This document shows, piece by piece, positions 1 through 13,107 of a stretch of DNA of 64,000 bases (position 1 is the stretch's first letter; each line of letters opens with the position of its first letter). This DNA is from Octopus bimaculoides (Eukaryota). Where the stretch lies: contig NC_069003.1 of NCBI RefSeq assembly GCF_001194135.2, positions 32,289,770-32,353,769 on the forward strand, in the 5' to 3' direction. A program made the position numbers and the translations under genes. A model generated the notes under the pieces. The model had not been told where the DNA came from. It saw only the letters and a list, made by a program, of their open reading frames with translations, and ran no database searches.

Positions 1-386
1 GCTGCTGAAAGTAGTAAACATGCATGACAAGTACATGAAATATAGCAATTAAGCACCTTTTGTTGCTTTTATTCATTTGTTGAGTTAACACTTGTTAAAA
101 GTTCTATCGTTGCGGATATTTTTCCACTTTTTCTGTTCATCTGCTTAATTTGTTCGTGACTGTGTTTCTAATGAAATACAACTGTCTGTGTCTTTCGATT
201 AATGTTGAAAATAATCAAAGATTTGGAGACATTAAGGGAAATATCTAAGACGTTATTAAGATAGTTATTTGGAACAGAACTTGACAAAAGATTCTTCTCC
301 ATAATATTATGATGGGAAGTTTGTATTTAAATATAAATACTTTGAAGCTAAAGAGTTTTGTGTCGTAAAATCAGGAGTTATCTCAG
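1..386 (+). other. CpG-retaining unique segment ending at a candidate 5' splice donor (possible 5'-UTR exon)
   Basis: TCTCAG|gtaggt at 386/387; 7 CpG counted by eye in the first 400 bp versus visibly fewer in most downstream unique DNA; no ATG-led frame stays open to the donor. Confidence 0.25.
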
Positions 387-499
387 GTAGGTCGGTAATA
401 CTTAAATTTCTACCCCTTTTTCTGCATTGGTCTTTTACAGTTGTATTATTGCTTAGCCCTAGGTCATCCTCACCAAAAATACATATCTATATTTTATCT

Positions 500-596
500 T
501 CCTCTTGTTTCAGTCATTAGACTGTGGCCATGCTGGGGCAACACCTTGAAAAAGTTTTAATCAAATTAATCTTCACTCCAGTATTTATTATTATTA

Positions 597-631
<35 letters not shown>

Positions 632-922
632 GAATAAGTAGGAAGATAAATTTTATTCAACGCATAGATACTGAACAGTATAGATATAAAGGATAAAATC
701 CTTTTTTCCTTTTAAAAGCAGAAAAATTTGTTGGTAGCCAGCTATTATTATTTTTTTTTTTTTTTTTTTTTTTTGCTTTTGAAACTGGTACTTATTGTAT
801 CAGTCTCTTTTGCTGAACTGCCAAGTTACAGGGATGTTAACACAACAACACCGGTTATTAAGTGGTGGGTGGGGTGACATCCTCAGACACACGCACATAT
901 GCATACACGACAGGCTTCCTTT
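500..922 (-). mobile_element. Old octopus tRNA-derived SINE (family G, tail-1), interrupted by (TAT)n and poly-T
   Basis: cttgtttcagtcattagactgtggccatgctggggca...ctcttttgctgaactgccaagttacaggg matches the younger copies at 13864, 15886 and 31699. Confidence 0.8.
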
Positions 923-1937
923 CTTACCTTCTCAAAGATGGCAATATGTGATTTGAAGAAACTTGGTTGATATTTCTAGCAGCTGAAAACGACCTTGTAG
1001 AAACATCTCCTTTGTTAGCTTTAATATATAAAATGGGTGCATGTGTATTAAAAGCCTACTCGCTTCTCCAACAATAACTATATACCATAAAACATCCATT
1101 TGCGTTTATGCATTTATGGTGAGGTTCAAACGTTGAAACTTTTGATGTGAGTGTATTTTTAAATTTCCTTCCTTCAAGACTTGCTAAGCATTTTTGCTTT
1201 GCTCAATTTATAGAAACAAAGTCTGCCAGTGCTGTTTACATTGCTATTACTACAAACACAAATTGACGTATTAGCTTCACTTTCAGAATATTTGTTATGA
1301 ACGTTTGACATTGATTTCTCGTATTTTCTTACAGATATTGGCTATTAAAAATACACTATTTTTCCTGTGACACATTTTTATGATATCATAGAGTTGAGTT
1401 AAGACATATTAGTGAGAGAAAAAAAAAGTATCTTTGATTTATAGTTTCAATATAGATTCCTTTACCTAAAGCATTAATTTGTGTGTGAACTTGTGTTTCT
1501 GTACACATTTATAAATGTATGTTTCTTTGAGTGCACATGTTTGTATATATATANNNNNNNNNNNNNNNNNNNNNNNNNNNNNNNNNNNNNNNNNNNNNNN
1601 NNNNNNNNNTGTGTGTGTGTGTGTGTGTAGTTGTGTGTATCTGTGTATATACATGTATATGTGTGTATATATATATATGTGTGTGTGTGTAGTTGTGTGT
1701 ATCTGTGTATATACATGTATATGTGTGTATATATATGACATGGATTCTTAGAAGACCACACACATATATATATATATATCTATATATATATATATATATA
1801 TATATATCAAATGGATGTCTTATAAAACTATTCCGCACATACAATGATATATATACATATATATGTGCATGTGTGTGTATGTATAAAAGGGCATGTGCAT
1901 ATATATATATATGCATGCATATATATACATACATCTA

Positions 1938-2580
1938 TTGAGTCATCCCATAAATAATGTGGTTTTTTAGGACTTCTTTTATTATTTCAAAATTAAGATA
2001 AACAAAGTTCTGTTTTAATCTAAAATATACTCTCTTTCATTTTCTACAATGCTCTTCCATCTATCTGGTAGACTTGCAAAGCCCCACTTCCAAAATTCAC
2101 TTGTCCGTGATGAAAAATACTCCTCCAGTGCTGTTCTCACCTCATCTACAGAATTCATATTTTTCTGTCTAAATGATTTTGAAGACTGCAGAATAAATGA
2201 TAATGAGATGGGGCAATGTCCAGCAAATGTGGTGGGTGGAGCATCATTTCCCACTCAAACTGTTCCAGCCTTTGGAATGTCATCCTTGCTGTAAGTGGCC
2301 AGCACTGACTTAAGCTGCTCGCACTAGATCTCACTTGTTATTGTTTGGTTTAGGTTTAAAAGTTCAAAGTGGACTAAACCTTTCATATCCCACCAAACAG
2401 ATAACAACACCTTACATGGGTGAAGACCNNNNNNNNNNCATATCCCACCAAACAGATAACAACACCTTACATGGGTGAAGACCTTCTTTAGCCTGGGGTG
2501 CCAGTGTTTCTCCTTTCCCTACCCACTGTCTCCGGCGCTTGACATTTTTATAGGGAACCCATTTCTCATCAATCAGTCTG
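1938..2580 (-). mobile_element. Mariner (Tc1/mariner, DD34D-type) transposon relic: right TIR plus decayed transposase C-terminus
   Basis: Minus strand reads DEKWVPYKNVKRRRQW...EGLHPCKVLLSVWWDMKGLVHFELL...HPPHLLDIAPSHYHLF...LPDRWKSIVENEREYILD* (stop 2015-2017); TA followed by TIR-like ttgagtcatcccataaataatgtggtttttt at 1936-1968; internal deletion, stop and frameshifts. Confidence 0.92.
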
Positions 2581-3427
2581 GTATTGTTAGTAGCATGGTA
2601 AGACACTCAGTGCATAATGTAAGGTTTACACAATATCAAAATTGGCTGGTTTTCTTTGCTGCTGTATGTTGAAGATGATGCAAGCAGTGGTACTCTATCC
2701 AACCCATGACAGCATAGGAAATTGGAGGTTAAAACAATTGGAGGTGGTAGTGGTAATGATGATGACAAAGATGATGATGATGATAACAGCGATGGTGTTG
2801 GTGACAATGAGTACTCACGGCTACATTGTCCTGGGTATACACATACTTCTATTGTTGGTCATGGCTAAATGGCATTTGATCATTGGGCTGCTCAGTTAGG
2901 GATGACCTGGGGTTAAACAACAACAACAACATTAGAGAATTTGATCATTTACAAATGTAAAGTTAGTTACATAATGTTAAGATAGCTCACGATCTTGTTG
3001 GCGATAGAACACAAAACTTATTTATGGAAACGACAATTATCTGGCTACTGTTTCAAAAGAAATATTGTATATCTGCTTGCACGTGTGTGTATGTGTGTGT
3101 GCTTATGCCTGGGTGTGTGTATGTGAGAGAGTAAGAGAATTAAAAAGTCAATATCCTATCCAGAGAACTTAGTATCTATATTGATAATCTGCATTAATTC
3201 TCCGAAAATTAAATTAAATTTGTGTTATTTATAAATCATAAATGAAGCTATTAATAGCATTTCGTTGGTGTTCTGAGAAAACTGGATGAGGGTTGTTACT
3301 TTGGTGTTTGAGAGTAAAGGGTATATATTAAAGGGTATATATTGAATGAATCCAAATTTAGTGATTGGTGAAGGTATATCTAAGGGAATCATACACATAC
3401 ACACACACGTGTGTATGCATATTATAT

Positions 3428-3622
3428 ATCATCATCATCATCATCATCATCGTTTAACGTCCGCTTTCCATGCTAGCATGGGTTGGACGATTTGACTGAG
3501 GACTGGTGCAACCGGATGGCTACACCAGGCTCCAATCTAATTTGGCAGAGTTTCTACAGCTGGATGCCCTTCCTAACGCCAACCACTCAGAGAGTGTAGT
3601 GGGTGCTTTTACGTGTCACCCG
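3428..3622 (-). mobile_element. 5'-truncated RTE-type 3' tail with (GAT)n end
   Basis: (ATC)n then gtttaacgtccgctttccatgctagcatgggttggacg...ctggatgcccttcctaacgccaacc; same tail as the RTE ORF-linked copy at 25305-25892. Confidence 0.85.
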
Positions 3623-3632
3623 CCCGAATATA

Positions 3633-3679
<47 letters not shown>

Positions 3680-3759
3680 ATACAAATAATATGTGAGTAT
3701 ATGCATATATACGTACATGTATGTACATACCTACATCTACCTGTATATATAGATGCATA

Positions 3760-3880
3760 TCTGGGTACAGGACGTTGCAAAAAAAACATGGACAAAATGA
3801 TAAACAGAGTACAGAAAACACACAGGCCACATAGGGAACATTTCCTTCATCAGCTGCCACCATTCTAAAACTAAGCGTAT
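3760..3880 (-). mobile_element. Possible Penelope-like 3' fragment
   Basis: Minus strand CTGATGAA-GGAA-ATG-TTCC hairpin followed by a T-rich tail, next to TA/TG microsatellite; no GAAA core follows. Confidence 0.3.
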
Positions 3881-3933
3881 CGAAGAGTATATATCCTAGG
3901 ATCCAAAATATGATATCACAGTGCTGTGAATGA

Positions 3934-4119
3934 CTATTTTCCAACATAAAAGTCAAAAGTTTTCAGACCAATATTTACAGCTGAAAAAGGTAGATCAACT
4001 TATACACCAAAATCAACTTTGGAAAGGACCAAAAATTCCTTGTGAAATGTTGCACTATTTGGAAAGACAGTGATGATGTTTGAATGTTTACACTATATAC
4101 TACATGCTAGAAAATGCAG
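3934..4119 (-). mobile_element. Tc2/pogo-like MITE (family D), reverse orientation
   Basis: Reverse complement aligns by eye with 59877-60067 and 60172-60380; decayed TIRs ctattttccaacataaaagtc / actacatgctagaaaatgcag; TA at 4120-4121. Confidence 0.75.
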
Positions 4120-5540
4120 TAATGTGAGTTATTTAGGTTAAGTGGTACTGTGACAGTGTGTGTTGCATTATGGTGAAGGTACCTCTGATTTTTTTTGAGG
4201 GGAGGGGGGAGGGGGGCTAGAGAAAGACTTGTGTTCCTAGTCATCACAGGCTTTCCAAGACCTGTGAGATGGACATGGTTGATAGTTGCAGGAAACCATG
4301 GTATGCAAGGGAATTCATAGAAGATAGTGTCCTGGAAAGGAAGAACTAGATGTACTGGCCGATGCAGGGGCTGGAGGAATGTGAGAGGAGGAGAAATAAA
4401 GTAAGCTGGGAATGTTTGAGCTGAGGTAGCACAAGATCAAACAGCCAGCTCTGCGAATCAGAGCAGTAGCAGTAGAGTAAGTGGAAAGAGTGAGAGAGAA
4501 GATGATATATCTATGGACCAGAGGTAGGGGTGTGGTGGTGAGTGAGTTCCTGCTAATAAACTAAGCATTTTTCTTTAATGCAGTTTCCGCATCCTATCAT
4601 CTAGGTCTTGTTTCAACCCCCCACTGGTTGATTATCCCTCTTATTTTGCATTGCTTCTGTTTGTATTCATACCTAACAAAATATAATTTTCTTTCATTAA
4701 AAAATTTAATTGAATCATATATTTTATTGCACATATATGTTTTTTTTCATCAGTTTTTATAGCTAGTGAAAGATGGCAGCAATTAGTTTTTTGAGTAGTT
4801 ATTTAAATTTTTTTTAATGAGAGACAAAGTGTTGTGGAATAAGGTGGGGGAAGTGAATGTTTTCCTTAAAAAAACTAATTAAAACTAGGTCAAGAAGGTA
4901 ATTAAAAAGAACCAGGTATACAGAGGTCAATAAAGTAATTAAATGAGATGAAAGCTATATATTTGAAGTTAGCAGAATGGCTAACATAGATCAATTATAA
5001 TAACTATGTAGGTGCCAAACCTCCTTCAAATCACACTTTACCATCTTTTAAAAACCCGGTAAGGAAAGCTCTATGTAGTTGTCACTACTTGACCTGTTAG
5101 AATAAGCAGCCAAATCTCCTTCTTAAAAAAACAACTTACTAACAAAAATCAACAAGGAAGCCACTATATGGTTGGTCATTTTGTTAGAAAAAAACTATCA
5201 AGTCTCCCTCGAATGCCATCCACTGATGTCAGAAAAAAAAATGGTAATTGTTGTGATTGGAATGTCTTTGATCATAAGTCTGTTTGATTGGAGTTGAACT
5301 GGAGGTTAAAGAGCATCGACAACAAAGGAACACTTGGTTAATGGAGTTCTAGATAGGTTATGTGTGAAATTAAGGTATGAATGCCATGGCTGGAATGCCT
5401 TGATCGTAGGTTAATTCAACCAGAGGACACTGAGTCTGAACAACCACCACAACACCTGAATACACTAATGCTGGTTAATATTAGAGTTTGTAAACTTTTC
5501 ACTTACCTGTAAATGGTTGCTACTGCATATATAGTTTTCT

Positions 5541-5771
5541 TATTTCTTTATTGCCCGCAAGGGGCTAAACATAGAGGGGGCAAATAAGGACTGACAAACG
5601 GATTAAGTCGATTACATCGACCCCAGTGCATAACTGGTACTTAATTTATCGACCCCGGAAGGATGAAAGGCAAAGTTGACCTCGGCGGAATTTGAACTCA
5701 GAACGTCAAAACAGATGGAATACTGCTAAGCATTTCGCCCAGCATGCTAATGTTTTTGCCAGCTCACCGCC
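5541..5771 (-). mobile_element. Young tRNA-derived SINE (family F) with 19-bp target-site duplication
   Basis: Minus strand ggcggtgagctggcaaaaacattagc...gagttcaaattccgccgaggtcaactttgcctttcatccttccggggtcgataaattaagtaccag; actgcatatatagttttct at 5522-5540 and 5780-5798. Confidence 0.93.
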
Positions 5772-5831
5772 TATAGCTCACTGCATATATAGTTTTCTGT
5801 TATTCAAAAATAAATACATAGAGATGAATCC

Positions 5832-5872
<41 letters not shown>

Positions 5873-5974
5873 TGCATGCGCGTGCGAGCTGACCACAGAT
5901 GAAACAGAGACAAACTGAATGAAGAGCTCAATTGTATATATATACACATTATGCATTCAACACCTCAGTTTCAC

Positions 5975-6420
5975 CTTGATGGACAGATCTTCTTGAGCAC
6001 TGCATACTACCAATCATTTCTCCTCTGTGAGATTCAAAATTCTGACATGAGCCTTCAGTGTTTCATCCCATGTCTTCTTGGGTCTCCCTCTTCAACAAAT
6101 TTCATCATATTAACAGATCAGCACTTCTTTATACTGCTGTCCTCATCCATTTACGCATTACACATCTGCACCAATGCATTCCTCTTTCTTATACACAGCA
6201 TCTGATTTTTTTTTTTTCTTTCTTATATCGAGTTTTTCTTTCAACATGCTTGTATTTCATCATTCATACACACTGACATTGTTCATTTAGTGGAACATGC
6301 TAACTACTTTTCTTTCTTTCTAGTCTTTAAAAGCTGTCTGCTTTCAGGGCCCACATTTCATTAACATGTAACATTGCAGTTTTCACACAAATATCCTACA
6401 GTGCTCTCTTAACTTCCTCT
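5975..6420 (-). mobile_element. RTE-clade LINE ORF2 C-terminal relic
   Basis: With stops/frameshifts reads CVKTAMLHVNEMWAL...RLER...MDEDSSIKKC...GRPKKTWDE, the RTE C-terminal pattern. Confidence 0.8.
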
Positions 6421-6756
6421 GGCCTATTCTGATACTAACAACTTGAAAACAGATGAGGGTTGACAACAGGAAGAGCGTCCAGTTACAGAAAAATATATCT
6501 CAATTTTTTTGTGAAGTGTATATATGAGGCATTTAGTAACAGATCATTGTAAGCGCCGCAACTTAAAAACTGAGAAAAACGCAAAGTTTCGCAACTTGCA
6601 GAATGCAATATCTTGGCAAGGAATGAAGTTAGGAAGCTGGTTTTGGTCTTAAAATGACTGTGAAGACTTCCTCTAATCATTTCAACTGTGTAAAATTATT
6701 TATTTATGTATGCATCTGAAAGATGAAACAATGACAGCGTCTGTCTCATTTTGTAG

Positions 6757-6858
6757 AACGGCATATCGCATTGCATATTTTAGCCATAATACCTAGGAAA
6801 AACATACAGAGACCCCCCCCCCCCACCGAAGGTATTGTTTGTGTTTTAATATACCAAG
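6757..6858 (+). other. Candidate 102-nt frame-preserving exon (unverified)
   Basis: tctgtctcattttgtag acceptor, AAG|gtaagt donor, open phase 1-1 frame RHIALHILAIIPRKNIQRPPPPTEGIVCVLIYQ; contains a C12 run, peptide not recognised. Confidence 0.15.
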
Positions 6859-7179
6859 GTAAGTATCTTTAAGATAAGATAGTAAGATAATAGCCCATTA
6901 TGATTTTGATGGTAATGAGGAATATTAGAAAATGATACAAGGACCACACTGAAGTTATTGACTGAACGTGTGTGTGCTTATGGTGGTGTGTTACTAAAAT
7001 CTCTGGTCCGAGTTTGGGTGAGTGAATGTTGTGTCAACAGTGTTGAGGTACAATTTTTTCAGCCGGATTTTCAACATTATTGCAAGTCTCACCAGTTCTT
7101 TCTTCCAACTTTTTCGGATTCTTGACATCGAGACAAAGAAAATGGTGCTTACGACACTCTGTTACTAAACACCTCATGT

Positions 7180-7217
<38 letters not shown>

Positions 7218-10200
7218 ACGTATGTATACAGTCCATTTTAATAATTTATACGTTTGAGACCAAATTATCACTTTTTTATTGTTTTGTCTTCTTGCTGGCA
7301 AAAACTATTGTTGTTTTGTATTTGTGATGGTGTGACATAAAAAAAAATTCTACAGTATCTGCATGACTTATGACATTTATGAATAACAAAGATGAAAATA
7401 TCATCATCATAACCATCTTTGTGATACTGTTGTCCCCGTTGTCATCATCACCATCATCTTTGTGATAACATTTATCACTGTCATCACCATCAGCTTTGTG
7501 ATATCATCATCATCATCATACATTTTATTGTTATCATTTTCATTGTCTAACAAACACATTCAATAACGTAGTCCTAAATGTACTATACCACAAAATAAGA
7601 CTGGGTGGTCACGGTTGGAACATCTTCCAACATATGTCTACTTGATTAGAGCTGACCTCAAGCTAAACAGCCACAACCATGCAAAAATATTATCTATCAG
7701 TCAGTTCAAACAAAATGCAGTTTAATCACTGTTTTGCTATACTCTTCTGATAACCTCTAGCCTTCCATTTTATTATCCACATGAAATAATTAAAATAATA
7801 TGGATTTTAACTGTCTCTCTTCAGCTGGTTGCTTTTGCTGTTGTTTAACCCCAGGTCAATCTGATTGGAGAAACTTACGATACCCTCTTTTCAGACAGAA
7901 AGTTGTATATTTTTAAGAGTTTACATTTAGATTTAGGCATTCCTTGATAATTTTACTTGTTTCATTCATTGGCCTCAAGCAGCAAACAGCTAAAAAGATA
8001 AAAAAGTCTACATGTATTTTAGCCCCACGTTTGCTGACCTGTGTCTAAACAACAATAGCATTTGTAGGCAACTTTGATTTCTTTCATGTATCAGGCCAAA
8101 GATTTCTGGAAGTTATCCATAGTCCCAGATCTGGAAGAGTTCAGTCAGTTCATTGTCATCTAAGCCTAGAACTTCCCCATCACTTGTCCCTTATAGCAAG
8201 CTAATGTCAAACTTCCACTGACCGGTAAAAGCTGGTGAATGCCTGGCAACATTCAGCTGCTATGTGTCTAGTCCTAGTCTTTACTTGACCCAGAACTGCA
8301 ACCCCGTCAAAAAGATATACCTTACATCAAAATGATTTGTTTCATAAAAGGAGACACCCACTCACCGTATAAGAACCTATGGAGATGCTACAGCCTCACT
8401 GCATTGACATCCATAGTATACCATTGAATACCATATAAAAGTAGAATTTTAGTTAGATAGAGTTAAACTAATGTCACAAATCAATATACAAATAGCATTT
8501 ATTAATTGATTAAAATTTCATTGCATCTTATAACATTTCTAAGCATCATGTCTTCATCCGATATATTCATGTATTTTTAAACTGATTTTAGTAAGTTGGT
8601 TAGATATTTAGAAATTTCACTGAAAGAAAGAAAGAAATATTTTGTGTTGATTGACAAACTGCAAATAATTTAGTTGCACACCACTGTGACTGAAATAAGT
8701 AAATATTTCAATTTAAACAAAAATGTATAAGAACAGAATATGTTTAATCTGAAAAATGATAGTGAAAAGCAACATATCAAGAATGCAGTTTGTCTGTTTT
8801 ATATTAATATTTTACTGTATTATTCATTTTATTTTCTCTCATCTTTTTTTTTTTAATATTTTGATAGAAATTGCATTGATATTAAATGGATTATATATAT
8901 ATTTAGCTAATATTGGATTATTTAGATATTAAAAAAAAAGGATTATTTATTCAGTTAATATTATGTGATATCAGTAAAATACCAATGTTTACCAGTTATA
9001 TAACTTTATTTGATCACATCTGCAACACAGCAAATTTCAAAGCAATTTTAATCTTGCTGCATCTACATTTTAAAATCTTTTTATATATTGCATTTCATGA
9101 TTAATAGCTTCATCATTGGTTATAGGTTCCCAATACATTTAATCACTGGATCATTGCATTTCTGATTATGACAAAAGTTACAAGAGAATGTCTGTAAATG
9201 GGACAGAAAAAATACTGTAGGGAATTTTTTATCTTTTTAAGCACTGATTTATCCGTTTTTCCAGTGGTGTTTATGGTTTTTTTTTTTTGTTTTGCTGCTT
9301 GAGTATCATCATCATTTTTAACATCTACTTTTCCATGCTTGCAAGGGTCAGCTGTATGTTGGAGGCAGAGTTTTCTACAGCTGGATGCCCATCCTATCGT
9401 CAGCTTATTCCCATCTGTTTTCAAGTGAGATAATAATCTCACACTTTGTTGAACTACAAACAGCTTGGGCATGCTTACATGGAAACCTGGGGGGAAAAAA
9501 CTACACAAAAACGAAACATTTGTTGACAAACCAGCAAATGAAACGTGTGTAGACAGGGAAATATGAAACTACTTCACAAATATATGTATACGGTTGTATG
9601 ATGAGTTTGCACACAGTTTCCACCAACCAAGTTATACTAACAAAGTATTGGTGAATTCAATACTATGGTTGAAAACACTTGGAGCAAGGTGTGTTGCACA
9701 GTGTGATTGAACCCAGTACCATATGGTTATGAAGCAAAATTTCTAACCATGTCTATACTAATTGGAAGACAGCATTTCAGAGTGTGAGCTGCTTTATCCT
9801 AATCATTGCCAGGGAAACAGAATCTTAGACTGATTGCTGACTCATGTTACCACTGTTCAATCTGTGATAAGTGTAACATGGTTCACAGTTGAGCATATTG
9901 TGCTATCCCAAATCAGTGATGAATGAATCAGTAATAAACAAGGAGAGATGTATTGCATTTTCCTTGTTGCATAATTATTTTAATGCTTCTTCCATTAAAT
10001 GTCTTAACACTATTTCAACATGTGTTTGTTTTTTTGTAGATGTAGCCTGCAAATTATTGATTTTCTAAAATGTTTTAATTTACCATGCTAGCCAGAGTAC
10101 AATATTGTACAATTTATTTAGAGATTTTCTTATCACTATTTCAGTGAAAATCTATTTTTCGCTGGTGAGTCCATATGAACGTGTCAAGAGTTGTCTTCCT

Positions 10201-10297
10201 TATTTGAAGTATTTCAAATCTTAGCCATTGATGACTCACATTGTCTTTCCTTTACCATCTCAGCATTAATTATGGTAACACTCTTGACTGTATTGTC

Positions 10298-10518
10298 TTA
10301 AAACTCTTTAGTATTCAGGTTACACTGTGAAATGTAATGCTTATTTATTCACATTGTTTTGAATAAATCACGCATTATTTTGTAGTTTCATAATTTCAGT
10401 TACATAGTCTTTTATTTTCACAGTGACATTGTGAGAAGTTGAATCTGGTCAATTTGAGCATAAAACAAGGTAGAATATTTCGGGTGGATATGGCCTATTG
10501 AAATACTTAAAAGGTTAA
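10298..10518. mobile_element. TTAA-flanked piggyBac-like MITE, family B
   Basis: ttaa-aactctttagtatt ... aatacttaaaagg-ttaa; internal tgtaatgcttatttattcacattg and gtagaatattt shared with 14972 and 33905. Confidence 0.8.
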
Positions 10519-12320
10519 ACCACTTTTGATATCAACTCATCATAGATACTGCCTGTTTTCATGTTGTACAATTTTGCCTTCCATTTTAAAGTAGTTTATA
10601 TTTCAAATTTAAATCTCTTTGTACCATGATTTTCTGGGGTTTTTTCTTTTTTTTTTTTTTTTTTTTTTGTTAAGGAATGCTTCAGACAATGGGCTAATAA
10701 TGGATTATTTAGTTTCTTTACTAAATCCTTGTCAATTCTGAATTGCAAAAACTGAAACATGTGGATTGTGCATTTTATTACAAGTATAGTCATAAGGTTT
10801 CTCTGTATTCTTTTTTTTTTTTTTTTTTTTACATGCTAAACATAGCGAATTTCTTGAATCTACGATTACTATTTGCTATCAACTAGTCATTTAAAATTCA
10901 GCCATATTTACTTTTAAGCATCATTCTACTTAAGTTTACTGCATTTCATTATTAATCTTTATCTCAGATTACTTCTGCATTTAGAAACATTTTATATATA
11001 CATGCATTTATGCTTTTACCTGATACCCTTTTAATAATAATGTCTTTACAAAGTGAAGAATGGAAGAAGACTGATGACATATTCTTAAGCTTCCTAATAA
11101 GTGTATTGTTGATCTTTATTCTACATTTAGCTTCTTATTCATATATATATATATGTGTATGTATGTATGTATGTATGTGTGCACACACATGCATATCTGT
11201 GTGTGTAGGAAGAGAGAAAGAGAGAGATATAGAGAGGACAATTCTCAAAGGCCAATCTTCCATTACAAACTTTTCACTCTGGCTTCATTTCATTGCAAAT
11301 GCAAGATTAAGTTGGTGTTGCTATTTACCGAATAGATGCAGGAGAAGACATGACTGTGTGGTTAAGAAGTTCATGTCTTAACTACGCAGTGATGCTTTGT
11401 TTGTGAGTGCAATCTCACTGAGTGAAACTTTGAACAAGTCACTCTTATACTAAAACCACAATTTGACCAATATCTTGTGAATGAATTTTACTAACTCTGG
11501 AGTTTGCATAAATTTGGGCTATGTTAAACAAACAAAATCAGAATACTTACTGCATATTGTACAGTAAAACATAGATAATGATGTAGTTGGAAGAGACAGT
11601 TTGATTCTGTGTTTCAAATCTATTCAACAAAAGTGATTTCCTTTTTACTGACTGCAATCATCATCATTTAGTGTTCCTTTTCCATGCTGGCATGGGTTGA
11701 ACAGTTCAATGGGGACAACTATGGAAAGTAATGAACAAAATCGTATTAAACAGATTCAAATTGATACACTTCTAGGATAGGGTCTGTTTGATATCTATTA
11801 ATCCATTTAAAATTCTTAAATTATATCATACTGTACCAGGTATAAAGCATGTTTATAGGATGAAAATTAATGAAGAGAAGTAAAGAATCTGGTTTTATTT
11901 AACAGCTACAAGTTAATACAATTCTAAAGCAGAATAGATTTAATGGCCACAGCAGGATTTAAACTCAGAGTGTCTGGTATCCACATCCTCACAATTCCAC
12001 CAGTTCACCACCCTAGATTGGTCCTTTATTTATTGGTCCCAGAATGACGAATAATTACATTGACCTTGGTGGGATTTCAACACAGGATGTAAAGAGATGG
12101 CATTTATAATCGCAAGGCATTACATCTGACACTTTAATGTGTTTGTTAACTGACTACCTTTGAGTAAGTAACTGTTTTGAAGTTTTACTTGGGAGATTTT
12201 GTTTCTTCCAGAAGCATAATTGAAAATCATTGTGTTTAAATATATCTTATGCCATGGGAAGAAAGTGGGTGTGATTTAAGGTAGATCTGACTGTTATTTA
12301 AGTCAGGTGATCATGTGAAG

Positions 12321-12539
12321 CAGTAGTTCTTAACTGGGGTGCTTATAATCCTTGGGATCCATGTAAGATTTTCTTGTTAAAATTAATGTCCAATAAATTG
12401 GTTATATTTTACAGTACATAAAATATTTTAACAATTTTTTTTATACAATTCCTAATAATATTTAATTATAAGAATGTAATGGGAGTCCATTAGAGTAAAA
12501 TAGGAATCTAAGGGGTCAAAAAATGGTTGAGAAACACTG
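12321..12539. mobile_element. hAT (Charlie-like) MITE with 8-bp TSD
   Basis: TIRs cagtagttcttaac / gttgagaaacactg (CAGTGGTTCTCAAC type); flanks atgtgaag and atgtaaaa match at 6/8. Confidence 0.8.
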
Positions 12540-12749
12540 ATGTAAAAGCTTTCATCCCTCTCTATTGCTTGAAATGTTGAATGGTTTGATGTTAGTATTG
12601 TTCATGGTAATGTATCTGTTGTTGATGTTGATGTAAACTGAGGGACACCGTAGAAAGAAAAGCAGATGACCTGGACATTTAGAAAACAGAGGCAAATCAA
12701 ACTTGAGATTTCACAGCCCACAACTTTTCCTCAAAGTATTTTTGTATGA

Positions 12750-13055
12750 TTGCGTGTGTGTGTGTGTGAATACATGCATGTGCATAACTGCACATATTCA
12801 TATATATGTGTGTGTGCATGTATACACGTATGTGTGTGTGTATGTATGCACATATGTGTGTGTATGTATGCACATATGTGTGTGTATATATATACATTTT
12901 TATGTGCATATGTGTGTGTGCATGTATACACGTATGTATGTGTGTATGTATACACGTATGTGTATGTGTATGTATGCACATATGTGTGTGTATATATATA
13001 TATACATTTTTATGTGCATATGTGTGTGTGTGTATGTGTCTATATATATATATAT
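12750..13055. repeat. Compound (TG/TATG) microsatellite with a repeated higher-order unit
   Basis: tatatatacatttttatgtgcatatgtgtgtgtg and gtatacacgtatg recur; source of several spurious ORFs. Confidence 0.9.
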
Positions 13056-13107
13056 TTAAGAAAAAGAGAGAGAAAAGAATCTCTGAATATATAATGTTAA
13101 CCTTATT

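Noticed and set aside
305-386. Open frame YYDGKFVFKYKYFEAKEFCVVKSGVIS ending at a donor
   Set aside because: In-frame TAA at 302-304 with no ATG or credible acceptor in between.
2384-2483. Exact 45-bp direct repeat flanking a 10-N gap inside the mariner
   Set aside because: Identical sequence on both sides of a nominal gap is the signature of an unmerged contig overlap, not biology.
4197-4216. G-rich run as a G-quadruplex
   Set aside because: Only three G tracts; likewise 50208-50223.
6975-7185. CpG-containing segment bounded by gttactaaa motifs, considered as a mariner-type MITE
   Set aside because: The motifs are direct rather than convincingly inverted, and no transposase motif was recovered.
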